64,000 nucleotides of DNA from a virus. Below, in pieces: positions 18,106-27,720 of the stretch (its first letter is position 1; every line of letters starts with the position of its first letter). The position numbers were made by a program, and so were the translations under genes. The stretch is taken from the IMG/VR virus record IMGVR_UViG_3300020160_001428, positions 1 through 64,000 of that record; one strand, given 5' to 3'. The notes below the pieces were generated by a model. The model was not told the DNA's origin and did not search any database. It saw only the letters and a list, made by a program, of their open reading frames with translations.

Positions 18106-19086
18106 CTATACAACCTTAATATTTGCACCGCCGGTGCCCGATGTTGTAACTGCTACATTATATTCTGTCGGTAGTTGCCAACTTCTACCCACATAGACAA
18201 TTTGTTTTGGCCAAGGTGCACCAAAATTTGTTTCGGTTAAGTTATCCGATTGATTACCGCCTAATATCTTTACTGCACCTGTTGTGGGATTATAGCCTCT
18301 AAAAAATCCAATGTGGCCACCACCGGTTCTTGAAAAAACAACAACGTCATTTAATCTCCACTTAGACGGATCTCCTAATGGTACGGCAGTTCCGTATCCC
18401 TTGTATGCCAAACTACTTAGAGTTTTTAATGAAGGTAAGCAACACATCTTTAATACCCATCCTGCAAATCCTGCACACCAGGGAGTGCTGTCACTGTTGA
18501 TATTGAATCCTACACTTTTATAACAATTGATAATTTTATTATTGCTACCAGTTTCTTTCCACTTACCGGCGCCTGCTTCATAGGCCAATTGATCAAGTGT
18601 TCGGCTTAGTTTTAAAAATTTATCTGTGGGACTTAAATTATCTTCTGCACAATCAGTTAATGGGGTTGTGTTGGACGCAGGTGGTAAGCCGACTGATGAC
18701 TCAATTGGTACATCACCCTTGTTCGAAAGCCCAACTGCGGCAGCGGCGCTGTCAGTTTTAGCTGTAGTTGTGCTAGTAGCAAGTCCGCGGACTTCTGGGA
18801 TTGTTAGTGTGCGCTTTACAGCTTCGTGCGAGTAGTCGCCGCTGTAGGCAAATACATTTAGACTACCGGTAGTTATGTTACCACCGTCTGACATAGCATC
18901 ACCTACACGAGCAGTTTGTCGATATTCTGCTTCGACTGTTGTTGATCCTCGTACAACGGTGGCGCCCTTGGCATTAGCCGAACCAATCAATGCCATTGGA
19001 TGGTTATTGACCAGTACTGTCTGTGCTCCTTCAACTAATTTTTGATTACTGGCGACATCAACGTCTTGTCTAGCTACACTTGGCAT
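18106..19086 (-). CDS. PAAR-like domain fused to a TIGR02594-type (NlpC/P60/CHAP-like) peptidoglycan hydrolase
   Basis: N-terminal SVARQD...ARVGD...ITTGSLNVF; C-terminal TPWCAGF, GGHIGFF, LGGNQSD. Confidence 0.75.
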   Translation of the reverse strand: MPSVARQDVDVASNQKLVEGAQTVLVNNHPMALIGSANAKGATVVRGSTTVEAEYRQTARVGDAMSDGGNITTGSLNVFAYSGDYSHEAVKRTLTIPEVRGLATSTTTAKTDSAAAAVGLSNKGDVPIESSVGLPPASNTTPLTDCAEDNLSPTDKFLKLSRTLDQLAYEAGAGKWKETGSNNKIINCYKSVGFNINSDSTPWCAGFAGWVLKMCCLPSLKTLSSLAYKGYGTAVPLGDPSKWRLNDVVVFSRTGGGHIGFFRGYNPTTGAVKILGGNQSDNLTETNFGAPWPKQIVYVGRSWQLPTEYNVAVTTSGTGGANIKVV

Positions 19087-19089
19087 ATG

Positions 19090-19818
19090 TTAACCTAAGG
19101 TAGTAGGATTGCCACCTTTAACATTCAAAGCGGTTTGATTAGTTTTGCGAACAACTTCTTGGGCTTTTTCAACAACGAACAAACTGTTTATAGCCGTTTT
19201 CGCTTTTAGATATTGTTTAGCAATCCATCCGCCAATTTCGGTTTGCACCGCCCAGGCTAATGATACATCATAGGCAGTAGTTATGGCTTTTCCAGCATAC
19301 TCTGTAATTGATGTTACAATAGTAGTTTGTGCATCTATCATTGTTACTTCTTTTAATGTTGATTCAACTTTTGCAATAAAAGCCGCTGGAGTTACTATTG
19401 TTGGTGGTTTGCCTGCATCTGCTAGACTTGCATTAGTAGTCTGTTGTTGGAATTCATTATGTTTAGTTTGATCTAAGTAAGCTAATTTTTGTATAGTTGC
19501 TTGCTGGCCTATATGAGTTGATATTGTAGCTAGTCCAGATCTGGATTTTTCCATTTGACCATTCACATCGCTTATCTGTGTTTCAATTGCTTTGAATCTA
19601 TCGTCCATTGATTGTAACTGCTCTAAAATATTTGAAAGTGTGCCTTGAGTTGCACTCATAACTGCAATTGGAGACCCTGGAATTATTAGTCCCGCATTCC
19701 CCCATAACAATTCATTAGCCGCAGTCTGTGCTATAATAGCCGCGGCAGTAGTATCAGTTATAGTAACACTACCAGTACCTCCTGGCGGTAACACTGTTGT
19801 TATTGTAGTTATGGACAT
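19090..19818 (-). CDS. Hypothetical protein, possibly virion-associated
   Basis: 242 aa, coiled-coil; exact TATAAATA upstream at 19851-19844. Confidence 0.55.
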   Translation of the reverse strand: MSITTITTVLPPGGTGSVTITDTTAAAIIAQTAANELLWGNAGLIIPGSPIAVMSATQGTLSNILEQLQSMDDRFKAIETQISDVNGQMEKSRSGLATISTHIGQQATIQKLAYLDQTKHNEFQQQTTNASLADAGKPPTIVTPAAFIAKVESTLKEVTMIDAQTTIVTSITEYAGKAITTAYDVSLAWAVQTEIGGWIAKQYLKAKTAINSLFVVEKAQEVVRKTNQTALNVKGGNPTTLG

Positions 19819-19846
19819 GTATTCTTCTCCTAATCTATATCAATAT

Positions 19847-20137
19847 TTATACCAGTTTTATGCCTGAAGTTTGTTCTAAGAACTGCTTGGCAAATGTAGC
19901 ATCGGTAACTTCAGCAACGGTCACAGTACCTTTGGATAGTTTGACTTCTTTGTCGGGATTTACTGTAAACAAGTAAGGCATTAGTCCCGGGCCATTTGGA
20001 CCCATAGCAATAACCATAGGACGACTTAGTCTATAATGCATAGGACCATCATCGACTAGCTTGGCTACTAGTTCTTCTCCGCTAGTAAGTTTGAATGTAA
20101 TAACTTCACCGATTACAACGCCTTTATCAATAATCAT
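19847..20137 (-). CDS. Hypothetical phage protein, possible Sm-like fold
   Basis: KLTSGEELVAKL motif. Confidence 0.55.
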   Translation of the reverse strand: MIIDKGVVIGEVITFKLTSGEELVAKLVDDGPMHYRLSRPMVIAMGPNGPGLMPYLFTVNPDKEVKLSKGTVTVAEVTDATFAKQFLEQTSGIKLV

Positions 20138-20138
20138 A

Positions 20139-20381
20139 TTAACCTTTTAATGTAGTAAAAAATGCTTCGTCTTTGTCTGCAAGTCCTTGAAAGCCGCCCG
20201 GCAATAGAACTCCGTCTTTAAAAATCTGGGGAACGCTACGTAGGCCTTGATCTACAAGGAACTCACGTGCTTCGGGTGCGTCTTCCATCTTAATCACTTT
20301 AAATGGAACACCTTTGCTTTCTAATAGTGCTTTTGCTCTGTCACAAAATGGACAGTTGTTTTTTGAATATACTGTAATCAT
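20139..20381 (-). CDS. Glutaredoxin
   Basis: CPFC, SVPQIF, GG; follows nrdB. Confidence 0.92.
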   Translation of the reverse strand: MITVYSKNNCPFCDRAKALLESKGVPFKVIKMEDAPEAREFLVDQGLRSVPQIFKDGVLLPGGFQGLADKDEAFFTTLKG

Positions 20382-20389
20382 ACTTTCTC

Positions 20390-21490
20390 TTATAATGATG
20401 GCAATGCGTCATAGTCTAATGTTTCGCTCATTACACCAATGACATAGTTTGTTGATTCTGATTCTTGTAAGGCAGTTTGTTTCTTGCTTGTGTCAACGTG
20501 CTTGTTAAACCAAGGAATAGGAGTTGACTTAGGAGCACTGGCCTGATACTTGATGCCAATCTCTTTTAGTGCGCTAACTGCGGTGTAGTCTACAAAGTCA
20601 CGAAGGATGTTTGCATTCAACCCGATTACTGGACCCATCTTAAACAAGTATGTAGCCCAATCTTTTTCTTCACGAATAACATCCATATATAGTGCATATA
20701 CTTCTTGTTCACATTCTATTTTGGCAGCGGCAAAGCGTGGGTCTTCTTTAACCACTTGATTGATCAAATAAGCTGTCCAACCTTTATGCAGTAGTTCGTC
20801 TTGTAAGATCAACTGTATAATGTTACCATTGCCCATAAAGATTTTGTTTTCTACCATTGCTAAACTTGTAGCAAACGATACCATGAAGCGGAACGCTTCT
20901 AAAGCATAGCTGGCATGTAGCGCCATGTAGATTGCTTTGATGTGTTCTTTCTCATTAACTGATCCGTCCATTTCTTTCATACAGTTAATTCGATGTAACC
21001 TTTCGTAGTGTTCTCCAACACTCGATGCCATGTCTACAATTTCTTTAGTGTCGTGGATAGTGTTGAACACATCCTTTGGTACGTTATAGATGTTACGAAT
21101 AATATGGCTGTAGCTCTTTGAGTGAATGTTAGTTTCAAAGAATGTCCAGTTATATATCAATGCTTCTAGTTCAGGCAATGATACCACAGGCATAAAGATT
21201 TGGCTTGGGCCGCGTCCTTGTAAACTATCTAATGCTGTTTGACGTAGCAAGTTACTGGTGAAGATGTGTTTAACAGCATCACTAGCATCTTTGAAGTCGT
21301 TACTATCTTTAGTAAGACTAATCTCTTCTGGTTGCCAAAAGAAGCCACGTGCAGTTGCTTCAAAGTCTGCAATCTTCTTGTACTTAACTTCTTCAAAACG
21401 TTGAATAGTAACTGGGCCAGCTGGGTCCAGAAACATCTTACGATTAAGATAGTCTGTCTTTGTGTTTAAGTTATATTGTTGTTTGCTCAT
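20390..21490 (-). CDS. nrdB: Ribonucleotide reductase class Ia beta subunit
   Basis: FFWQPEE, ETNIHSKSY, EAFRFMVSF, DELLH. Confidence 0.95.
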   Translation of the reverse strand: MSKQQYNLNTKTDYLNRKMFLDPAGPVTIQRFEEVKYKKIADFEATARGFFWQPEEISLTKDSNDFKDASDAVKHIFTSNLLRQTALDSLQGRGPSQIFMPVVSLPELEALIYNWTFFETNIHSKSYSHIIRNIYNVPKDVFNTIHDTKEIVDMASSVGEHYERLHRINCMKEMDGSVNEKEHIKAIYMALHASYALEAFRFMVSFATSLAMVENKIFMGNGNIIQLILQDELLHKGWTAYLINQVVKEDPRFAAAKIECEQEVYALYMDVIREEKDWATYLFKMGPVIGLNANILRDFVDYTAVSALKEIGIKYQASAPKSTPIPWFNKHVDTSKKQTALQESESTNYVIGVMSETLDYDALPSL

Positions 21491-22141
21491 TTAATATTTT
21501 CCTGATGCAAGTACTATCTTGCAAATGTGTTCTAGTCTTTCTATGTGTTCGTATGCTCGCCATGGACTTGTGTCAATAGCAACCACCCCGTGTCCTTTGA
21601 TGCCTACAATATCGTAAGCAATATTTCCGTCTTTATCTAGCTGTAAATTCTCATGACAACGATCAGCAAGTTCTTGACTAATCGGAGCCACATCTCCTAC
21701 ATTAGGTGCTACCTTAGTATATCGATTGAGTTCTGGAAAAGACTCACTGATAGTACTAAGTTCAATACCGGCATGCATGGCCGCAATACAGTAGGTCGGG
21801 TGTACATGGACTACAACACGGACCTCACCTGTATGCTGACCCATTTCTTTTTGCAATCCAAAGTGTAACGGAAGTTCTCCACTAGGCTTTAGGTTCTTAC
21901 TAATCTCAGTGTAGTCTAGTTCTACACTAGCATGATACCTAGTCGGTGGCTGATCGTAGTAGCCTGTTTCAATACCAATCTTCTTGAACTGATCAGGCTG
22001 TAGTGTTTGTTTACGTACACCGCTGGGCGTGATGTAAAAGTGATCACGGTCATGATGTCGTATGCTGACATTACCATCACGACTAGTGATCCAGTTACGC
22101 TTATAAGCGTCTACCATTATGTCACAGATTGTTTCTAACAT
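21491..22141 (-). CDS. Class II aldolase/adducin family protein
   Basis: GNVSIR, ITPSG, PSGELPLH, HVHP and GHG metal motifs. Confidence 0.85.
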   Translation of the reverse strand: MLETICDIMVDAYKRNWITSRDGNVSIRHHDRDHFYITPSGVRKQTLQPDQFKKIGIETGYYDQPPTRYHASVELDYTEISKNLKPSGELPLHFGLQKEMGQHTGEVRVVVHVHPTYCIAAMHAGIELSTISESFPELNRYTKVAPNVGDVAPISQELADRCHENLQLDKDGNIAYDIVGIKGHGVVAIDTSPWRAYEHIERLEHICKIVLASGKY

Positions 22142-24468
22142 TATAGTTTACAGGCTTCGCAGTCTTCTTCTTCAAAGTCAACTTCAACATAAGTTTGTGC
22201 AACACTCTGTACAAGTTCCTCTTTGGCCTTACTACCTGCTTTATTGATTAGGCTGTAGTAGAATGTTTTCAATCCCCAATAGTGAGCTTGCATTAGATTT
22301 TTTGCAATCAATGTGGTTGGCACCTTACGATCTGCAAAGTGTGCAGGATTGTAAAATGTGTTAGTACTAATACTTTGATCAACGTATGCGGCCAGTACTG
22401 CGGCAGTTTTTAAATAACCGTCACAGTCCTTTTGATCCCACATCATTTGATATTTGCTCTTGAGTTTATGATACTCAGGGACAACTTGGACAAAGGAACC
22501 TGCTTTGCTTTCCTTAACTGAAATAAGCGACATAGGCATTTCAATGCCATTAGTGCTATTAATAACAACACTAGAACTTTCAACAGGGGCAATAGCCATA
22601 AGTGTAGCATTTCTAACTCCATGCAATTTCATATTAACTCGTAATGTTTCCCAATCTAGTTCAGGTGTAAAGTCAGCAAGTTCGTTTGATCCTTTGGCAC
22701 GTGTCTCCCAAGGAAAGATGCCTTGTCCGTAGCGTGTCTTCTCACTATGTAAGCAAGCGCCACGTTCTTTGGCTAGTTCAACTGTTGCTTCTGTTAGATA
22801 ATAGGCCTGATGTTCCATCCATGCCTTAACATCTTGTAAGGCATCTTTCTCCCCGTACTTCATGCCACGTTTAGCATGCCAATAGGCCAAGTTAGTAACG
22901 CCGATACCCAATGGCTGAATCTCATCATTGCTTAGTTTACTCTGTATACTTAAGAAGTCTTGATAGTCAAGTATGTTGCATAGACTACGTTGTAAAATGC
23001 GGCAAGCACGGCGCATGTCTTCCGGATTCCGGAATGCTCCCCAGTTGATAGATCCTAATGTACATAACGCTATGCGACCTTCAGCGTCATCTAGACGTTT
23101 GAAAGATTTTGTGGGCAGTAGGATTTCACAACATAAGTTACTTTGATAGATAGTATGGTACTCTGGGTCGAACGGACCCTGGTTCATCACATTGTCAATG
23201 AACACTAGATAGATACGTCCTGTATCAGTACGTTCTTTCAGTATGCCTGACTTGAATACTTCTTCGGCTGACATTGTCTTTGTACGCAAATCTTTACGCT
23301 TTTCGTACTTGACATACAGCTCTTCAAAACGTTCAGTGTTTTTATAAAATGCTTCATACAAGTCAGGAACTTCGTTTGGATCAAAGAAAGTTATGTTTTC
23401 TTTGTTCTTAAATCTTCTCCAGAAGAAGGCACTAAGCACAACCCCATAATCCATATGACGGACTCGGGTTTCTTCTGTTCCTTGGTTGTTCTTAAGCACA
23501 ATAAGGTCATCAAACTGATGATGCCAAATAGGATAGAATACAGTAGCACTAGCATTACGAATGCCTCCTTGACTGCAACTACGTAGGTCTCCAAACCATT
23601 TCTTTAAAAAAGGTATCATACCTGTGTGCATGATCTCCCCACCTCTGATGGGACTACCTAATGGACGTAAGCGACCAATCTCCAAACCAATACCTGCACG
23701 TTTGCTAGCATACTTGGCCATCATCTCACCTGAAGCAAAGATGCTGTCTAGGTCGTCGTCTGATCTGATGAGGACGCAACTTGAGAACTGCTTGGTAGGA
23801 GTCCCCAGGCCAGCAAGTACAGGAGTAGCGAGAGTAAATAGACCGTCTGAAGCTGCCTGATAATATTCTTTGATAAATCGCATACGAGCTGTGTTAGGTT
23901 CTTCTTTGTGGAAGACTGTAGCGGCTGCGACAATGTAACGTACTTGAGGTGTTTCATAAATTTCCTTTGTGGCGCGATTACGCACTAGGTACTTTTCGAT
24001 TAGTTGTTCAATGCTGGCGTATCCATACTCTTCATCTTTCTCATGATCCAGCATGTCATCCATTTTATTCCAATCTTCTTGTGTATACCATGTTAGTAGT
24101 TCTTGAGTATACAATCCGGTAGCCACATTCTTTTTAACTATTTCATAAAGGTGAGGAGGCTCATAACTGCCATAGACATCTTTACGTAGCATCGACAGTC
24201 GTTGTTTGCCTGCTACATATTGATAGTTGGTGTGTCCAATATCGGGATTTGATTCTACATCGATTAGGTCCACAATAGCACGTAGAGTTATTTCGTCAAT
24301 CTCTTGTGTTGTGATACCGTCATAAAAATGTGGCTGGGCTTTGATTTCGATCATACTCTGACTTACGTCAGCTATACCGCTACAAACCTTTGCAATCTGT
24401 GTCTGCCATTTTTCTATTGTTAGTGGCTCTTTTAGGCCACTTCGTTTTGTTACTGTTATTGTTGTCAT
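22141..24468 (-). CDS. nrdA: Ribonucleotide reductase class Ia alpha subunit
   Basis: ATP cone (VTKRSG), QFSSC, SNLCCEI, C-terminal CEACKL. Confidence 0.96.
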   Translation of the reverse strand: MTTITVTKRSGLKEPLTIEKWQTQIAKVCSGIADVSQSMIEIKAQPHFYDGITTQEIDEITLRAIVDLIDVESNPDIGHTNYQYVAGKQRLSMLRKDVYGSYEPPHLYEIVKKNVATGLYTQELLTWYTQEDWNKMDDMLDHEKDEEYGYASIEQLIEKYLVRNRATKEIYETPQVRYIVAAATVFHKEEPNTARMRFIKEYYQAASDGLFTLATPVLAGLGTPTKQFSSCVLIRSDDDLDSIFASGEMMAKYASKRAGIGLEIGRLRPLGSPIRGGEIMHTGMIPFLKKWFGDLRSCSQGGIRNASATVFYPIWHHQFDDLIVLKNNQGTEETRVRHMDYGVVLSAFFWRRFKNKENITFFDPNEVPDLYEAFYKNTERFEELYVKYEKRKDLRTKTMSAEEVFKSGILKERTDTGRIYLVFIDNVMNQGPFDPEYHTIYQSNLCCEILLPTKSFKRLDDAEGRIALCTLGSINWGAFRNPEDMRRACRILQRSLCNILDYQDFLSIQSKLSNDEIQPLGIGVTNLAYWHAKRGMKYGEKDALQDVKAWMEHQAYYLTEATVELAKERGACLHSEKTRYGQGIFPWETRAKGSNELADFTPELDWETLRVNMKLHGVRNATLMAIAPVESSSVVINSTNGIEMPMSLISVKESKAGSFVQVVPEYHKLKSKYQMMWDQKDCDGYLKTAAVLAAYVDQSISTNTFYNPAHFADRKVPTTLIAKNLMQAHYWGLKTFYYSLINKAGSKAKEELVQSVAQTYVEVDFEEEDCEACKL

Positions 24469-24495
24469 TAGTCTCTCTTGCAAAGTGTTGAATAT

Positions 24496-24921
24496 TTAGT
24501 GTGTTGTCGGAAGCTCTATGATCTTTTGTATATGTATACTTTTTGGAACTTGGGTTATATGCACACTTTTTTCTAAATCAACACCTAGCACACTATCGTT
24601 GATAATACACATATAATACAGTCTTGATTGACTTTTGTCAATGCCTACTTTGAATACAGGTTGCCAATCTATAAACCGATCAGTTAATTGTAACGTGTAT
24701 ACAATGGCTAATGTTCGAGTGTATTCACAATAGGCATTCTCTTCAATCATCTGCCAAGGGCCAGGCCAGGTGGCGAGATCATACGGATCTATGTTGCGAC
24801 TAGTTTCGGGAGCTTGGTTCCAAAAGTCTATTGCAGACTGTATTGGATTAGGGTCGTTAGATAATGCTACTCTAAAGTCGTGCCATGCTCTGAGACGATC
24901 TTCAAACTTTTTATCAAACAT
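24496..24921 (-). CDS. Hypothetical protein
   Basis: 141 aa ORF in the operon. Confidence 0.55.
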   Translation of the reverse strand: MFDKKFEDRLRAWHDFRVALSNDPNPIQSAIDFWNQAPETSRNIDPYDLATWPGPWQMIEENAYCEYTRTLAIVYTLQLTDRFIDWQPVFKVGIDKSQSRLYYMCIINDSVLGVDLEKSVHITQVPKSIHIQKIIELPTTH

Positions 24922-24924
24922 TGG

Positions 24925-26613
24925 TTAACTTAATATTTCGTACCAATAATTAATATAACCAGATTCAATACCTGTACTGTTTGAATATTTTATATAAACA
25001 GTTTCTGCATTGCCGTCTCCAACTGTTGCAGGCAATACTGGCTGGTCTTGTAGTGTTGCAGTAAATGATAGACTTTCAAATCTTGCAGGATTACCTGTGA
25101 TATCATACTCGTCAGTTAGTTTTACAGCATTATTAAATTTGTCAACAGTGATGTATAGTGTACCTTGACGTACTACCATAGTACTCTGACTACGATAGAT
25201 ATAGTGCAAATTAATTCTTGAACTAACGTTGCCTGGTAAACGAGCAAACGTACTGTTAATTGCACTGGCTTGGACTAACACCTGTAAATTGTATTTGTGA
25301 TTACTATGAGCTACACCACTAATTTCGCTAATGTATCTATAATCACGGAATCCTGTTTTGTTAGTTAATTCTTCACTACGTTGGAAATAATCGTTATCAC
25401 TAACGTTACTTCCTTGTCCAAAATGTATTACGCTATATGCGGCTGTTGAACTATTGCCGCCATCGTTGCCTACTTTAAAGTATTTGTTACCTTGTGATAG
25501 GTTATTTCTTCCGGCAACAATATTAATCCCATGTTCGTTAATTAAATCAAAGCGTGAATTTAAAAACGAATTGCTTCGTGGACCTTCTTGTTGGCCAGGT
25601 GCGTATTGATCGATAGATTGACCAAACAGTACGCCTTGACCTAAATTATAAAATAAACAATTGTCAAAAGTATTTGATATAATGTCAAAGGTACTGTTAA
25701 CGGCATAGCTGGCATTAACAAAATCACAATTGATAAACATATTATCTTTACTAGTGATTACTCCGCTAGTTGCACGTAACTGAACACATGAATCTGCTTC
25801 AACTTTAGTACTGTCTATTAGATCAAATGAGCTTTGAAATTTAACATTGTTAAAATTTGAATCTGTTGTAGAATCTAAAATCATAACAGGAGCCAGTGAC
25901 TGCGTACTTCTCAATGTCATGCCGCTAACTTCTATAAATTTTGGTTGGTTTGAATTGGTCATGTTAACTAGAGTAACATATCCCACAACACCAACAGTTG
26001 GACTACCAACTGTTTGAAATACAGGGGCATTGGCAGTTTGCACAATAACTGTTTTATCCTTGCCCGCGCCTCTTAATACAGCAAATGGAGGAACTTTTAT
26101 ACTTGCACTAATTTTGTAAATCCCGGGCTCGATGTTTATTATAATTCTATTTGATTCAGAAACATGCTCACCTGCTGGAACACCTTTAATGTACAGCTCA
26201 TCAATTGCACGTTGCAAAGCCGCAGTATCGTCATTGGTAAATGTGTATATATCTGTTGATACATTATAAGAGCCGCCACCAATTGCTCCAAAACTTCTAG
26301 TGCTAACTGTGTCATCTAGACGCTGTTGGAATGTACGTTGAACAGGAGTACCAGCAGTGGGACCTGTTTGAATAGTTCCTAGTGTACGTTTGTACTCATA
26401 CTGTAATGCTAGGTCAAGAATGTTATCATGCTCAGTAAGAATCTTAGTATTGCCTACATAGGGCGATCCTTCTTGTATTGATCCGTTACCGATGAACAGT
26501 TCTTGACTATCGATAGCCCAGCCCATCTCTCCGCTGGCTAACTGCGGAACACTTGTTCCTGAATTTTTACGCCCTCTTCGGACTTGTACGCGACTTATTT
26601 GGACTACGGCCAT
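24925..26613 (-). CDS. Virion structural protein with pectate-lyase-like beta-helix
   Basis: N-terminal QVRRG...LASGEMGW; FGAIG...DDTAALQRAID and PGIYKIS motifs. Confidence 0.7.
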   Translation of the reverse strand: MAVVQISRVQVRRGRKNSGTSVPQLASGEMGWAIDSQELFIGNGSIQEGSPYVGNTKILTEHDNILDLALQYEYKRTLGTIQTGPTAGTPVQRTFQQRLDDTVSTRSFGAIGGGSYNVSTDIYTFTNDDTAALQRAIDELYIKGVPAGEHVSESNRIIINIEPGIYKISASIKVPPFAVLRGAGKDKTVIVQTANAPVFQTVGSPTVGVVGYVTLVNMTNSNQPKFIEVSGMTLRSTQSLAPVMILDSTTDSNFNNVKFQSSFDLIDSTKVEADSCVQLRATSGVITSKDNMFINCDFVNASYAVNSTFDIISNTFDNCLFYNLGQGVLFGQSIDQYAPGQQEGPRSNSFLNSRFDLINEHGINIVAGRNNLSQGNKYFKVGNDGGNSSTAAYSVIHFGQGSNVSDNDYFQRSEELTNKTGFRDYRYISEISGVAHSNHKYNLQVLVQASAINSTFARLPGNVSSRINLHYIYRSQSTMVVRQGTLYITVDKFNNAVKLTDEYDITGNPARFESLSFTATLQDQPVLPATVGDGNAETVYIKYSNSTGIESGYINYWYEILS

Positions 26614-26646
26614 TGTAAACACTCCATTATAGAGTATTTATGCCAT

Positions 26647-27363
26647 TTATGCTAGGCGATAGTACTCTGATACCCGTGTACACCAGCGTTCTGTCCAATA
26701 ATCAAAATCTGCAGATTCTAGAATAAACTCCTGATATTGCGGATCCGACCAAACTCCGGGTGTAATTTCTTCTGGCTTAACGCACATTAAAATAACACCT
26801 TTACGTATGTTAGTTCCGTGTACTTCGTTATGAGCCATGGCATATGCAGTTAACTGAATAAAGTAGTCGTCAATAAACTCACGCTTTTTAGGCTTGTTAG
26901 TTTGTTTAAAGTCTAGAATACTTTGCTCACCTTTGTGTATGCCCACGCAGTCTGTAGTGCCTGCATACAGTTCCGGAAAATATAAAGGTACTTCACTGCC
27001 CCATACTTCGTCAACATGAATCATGCCTTCTGCAATAACCTTCTTGGCCATTACTAGGCTTTGTTGTGCATAGGGATTAGTTACTGTGTCTTTTAAAGTT
27101 TCACCTTTAATATAGTTTTCCAAGTAGGTGTGCATCCTAGTACCACGATTAGCCGCTTCAGTGGTAATCTGTTGCGCCTTAGCTTCACCTACAGCTTTAC
27201 GCCAGTTTGCTAGTGCAATACGGCTTTCTGCTGGTTTTGTTTTGTCTAGGATTGTGGTTACTGACGGAACCTTGTGTCCATCGGGCGTTGCATATAAACG
27301 CTTGCCCGATGATTCATCTCTAGTCAGTTTGGTATAGGTATATCGTTCTTGTAATAATGTCAT
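26647..27363 (-). CDS. PD-(D/E)xK exonuclease
   Basis: PSVTTIL, GTRMH, YAGTTDC, DFKQ, QLTAYA. Confidence 0.85.
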   Translation of the reverse strand: MTLLQERYTYTKLTRDESSGKRLYATPDGHKVPSVTTILDKTKPAESRIALANWRKAVGEAKAQQITTEAANRGTRMHTYLENYIKGETLKDTVTNPYAQQSLVMAKKVIAEGMIHVDEVWGSEVPLYFPELYAGTTDCVGIHKGEQSILDFKQTNKPKKREFIDDYFIQLTAYAMAHNEVHGTNIRKGVILMCVKPEEITPGVWSDPQYQEFILESADFDYWTERWCTRVSEYYRLA

Positions 27364-27368
27364 ATGCT

Positions 27369-27397
27369 ATAATAACATCTAGAACTAAGGGTGTCAA
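27369..27397 (-). promoter_or_regulatory. Sigma70-type promoter, probably giving a leaderless mRNA
   Basis: TTGACA-17 nt-TATTAT, 5 nt before the ATG at 27363. Confidence 0.7.
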
Positions 27398-27720
27398 CCC
27401 CTGGCTTTCCTCAAAGCGTGTTTTGCCATTTGACTTACACCCGAACCATCTAACTTAGCATCACTTGGTGCTGTGTCAGTTTTGGTTACTTTGGTTTTTA
27501 GTTCTACACCGTTTTGGTCAAAGCGTTGAGTAAGGCCTTGTGTAAGTGGATCGCTATCATAGGCCTGTTTGAATGAGTCATATGTAAACTCTTCATCGCC
27601 AACATTTTGCATGTAACGATTTACCTCATCCCAGGTAAGAACGGCAGGGCGACCTTTTTGATCTGCCCTGCCGATGAGTTGCTTTAATACTAGATTAAGT
27701 TGATTAACTTCTTCTGTTAC
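27394..27720 (-). CDS. -1 frame extension of the upstream gene (includes the 72 aa ORF 27394..27612)
   Basis: Frame is open from the slippery site with no start codon until 27612. Confidence 0.6.
   Translation of the reverse strand, partial: VTEEVNQLNLVLKQLIGRADQKGRPAVLTWDEVNRYMQNVGDEEFTYDSFKQAYDSDPLTQGLTQRFDQNGVELKTKVTKTDTAPSDAKLDGSGVSQMAKHALRKARG

Noticed and set aside
20390-24468. Intron, intein or homing endonuclease in nrdAB
   Set aside because: Both ORFs are uninterrupted and of normal length, and the intervening gene is an aldolase
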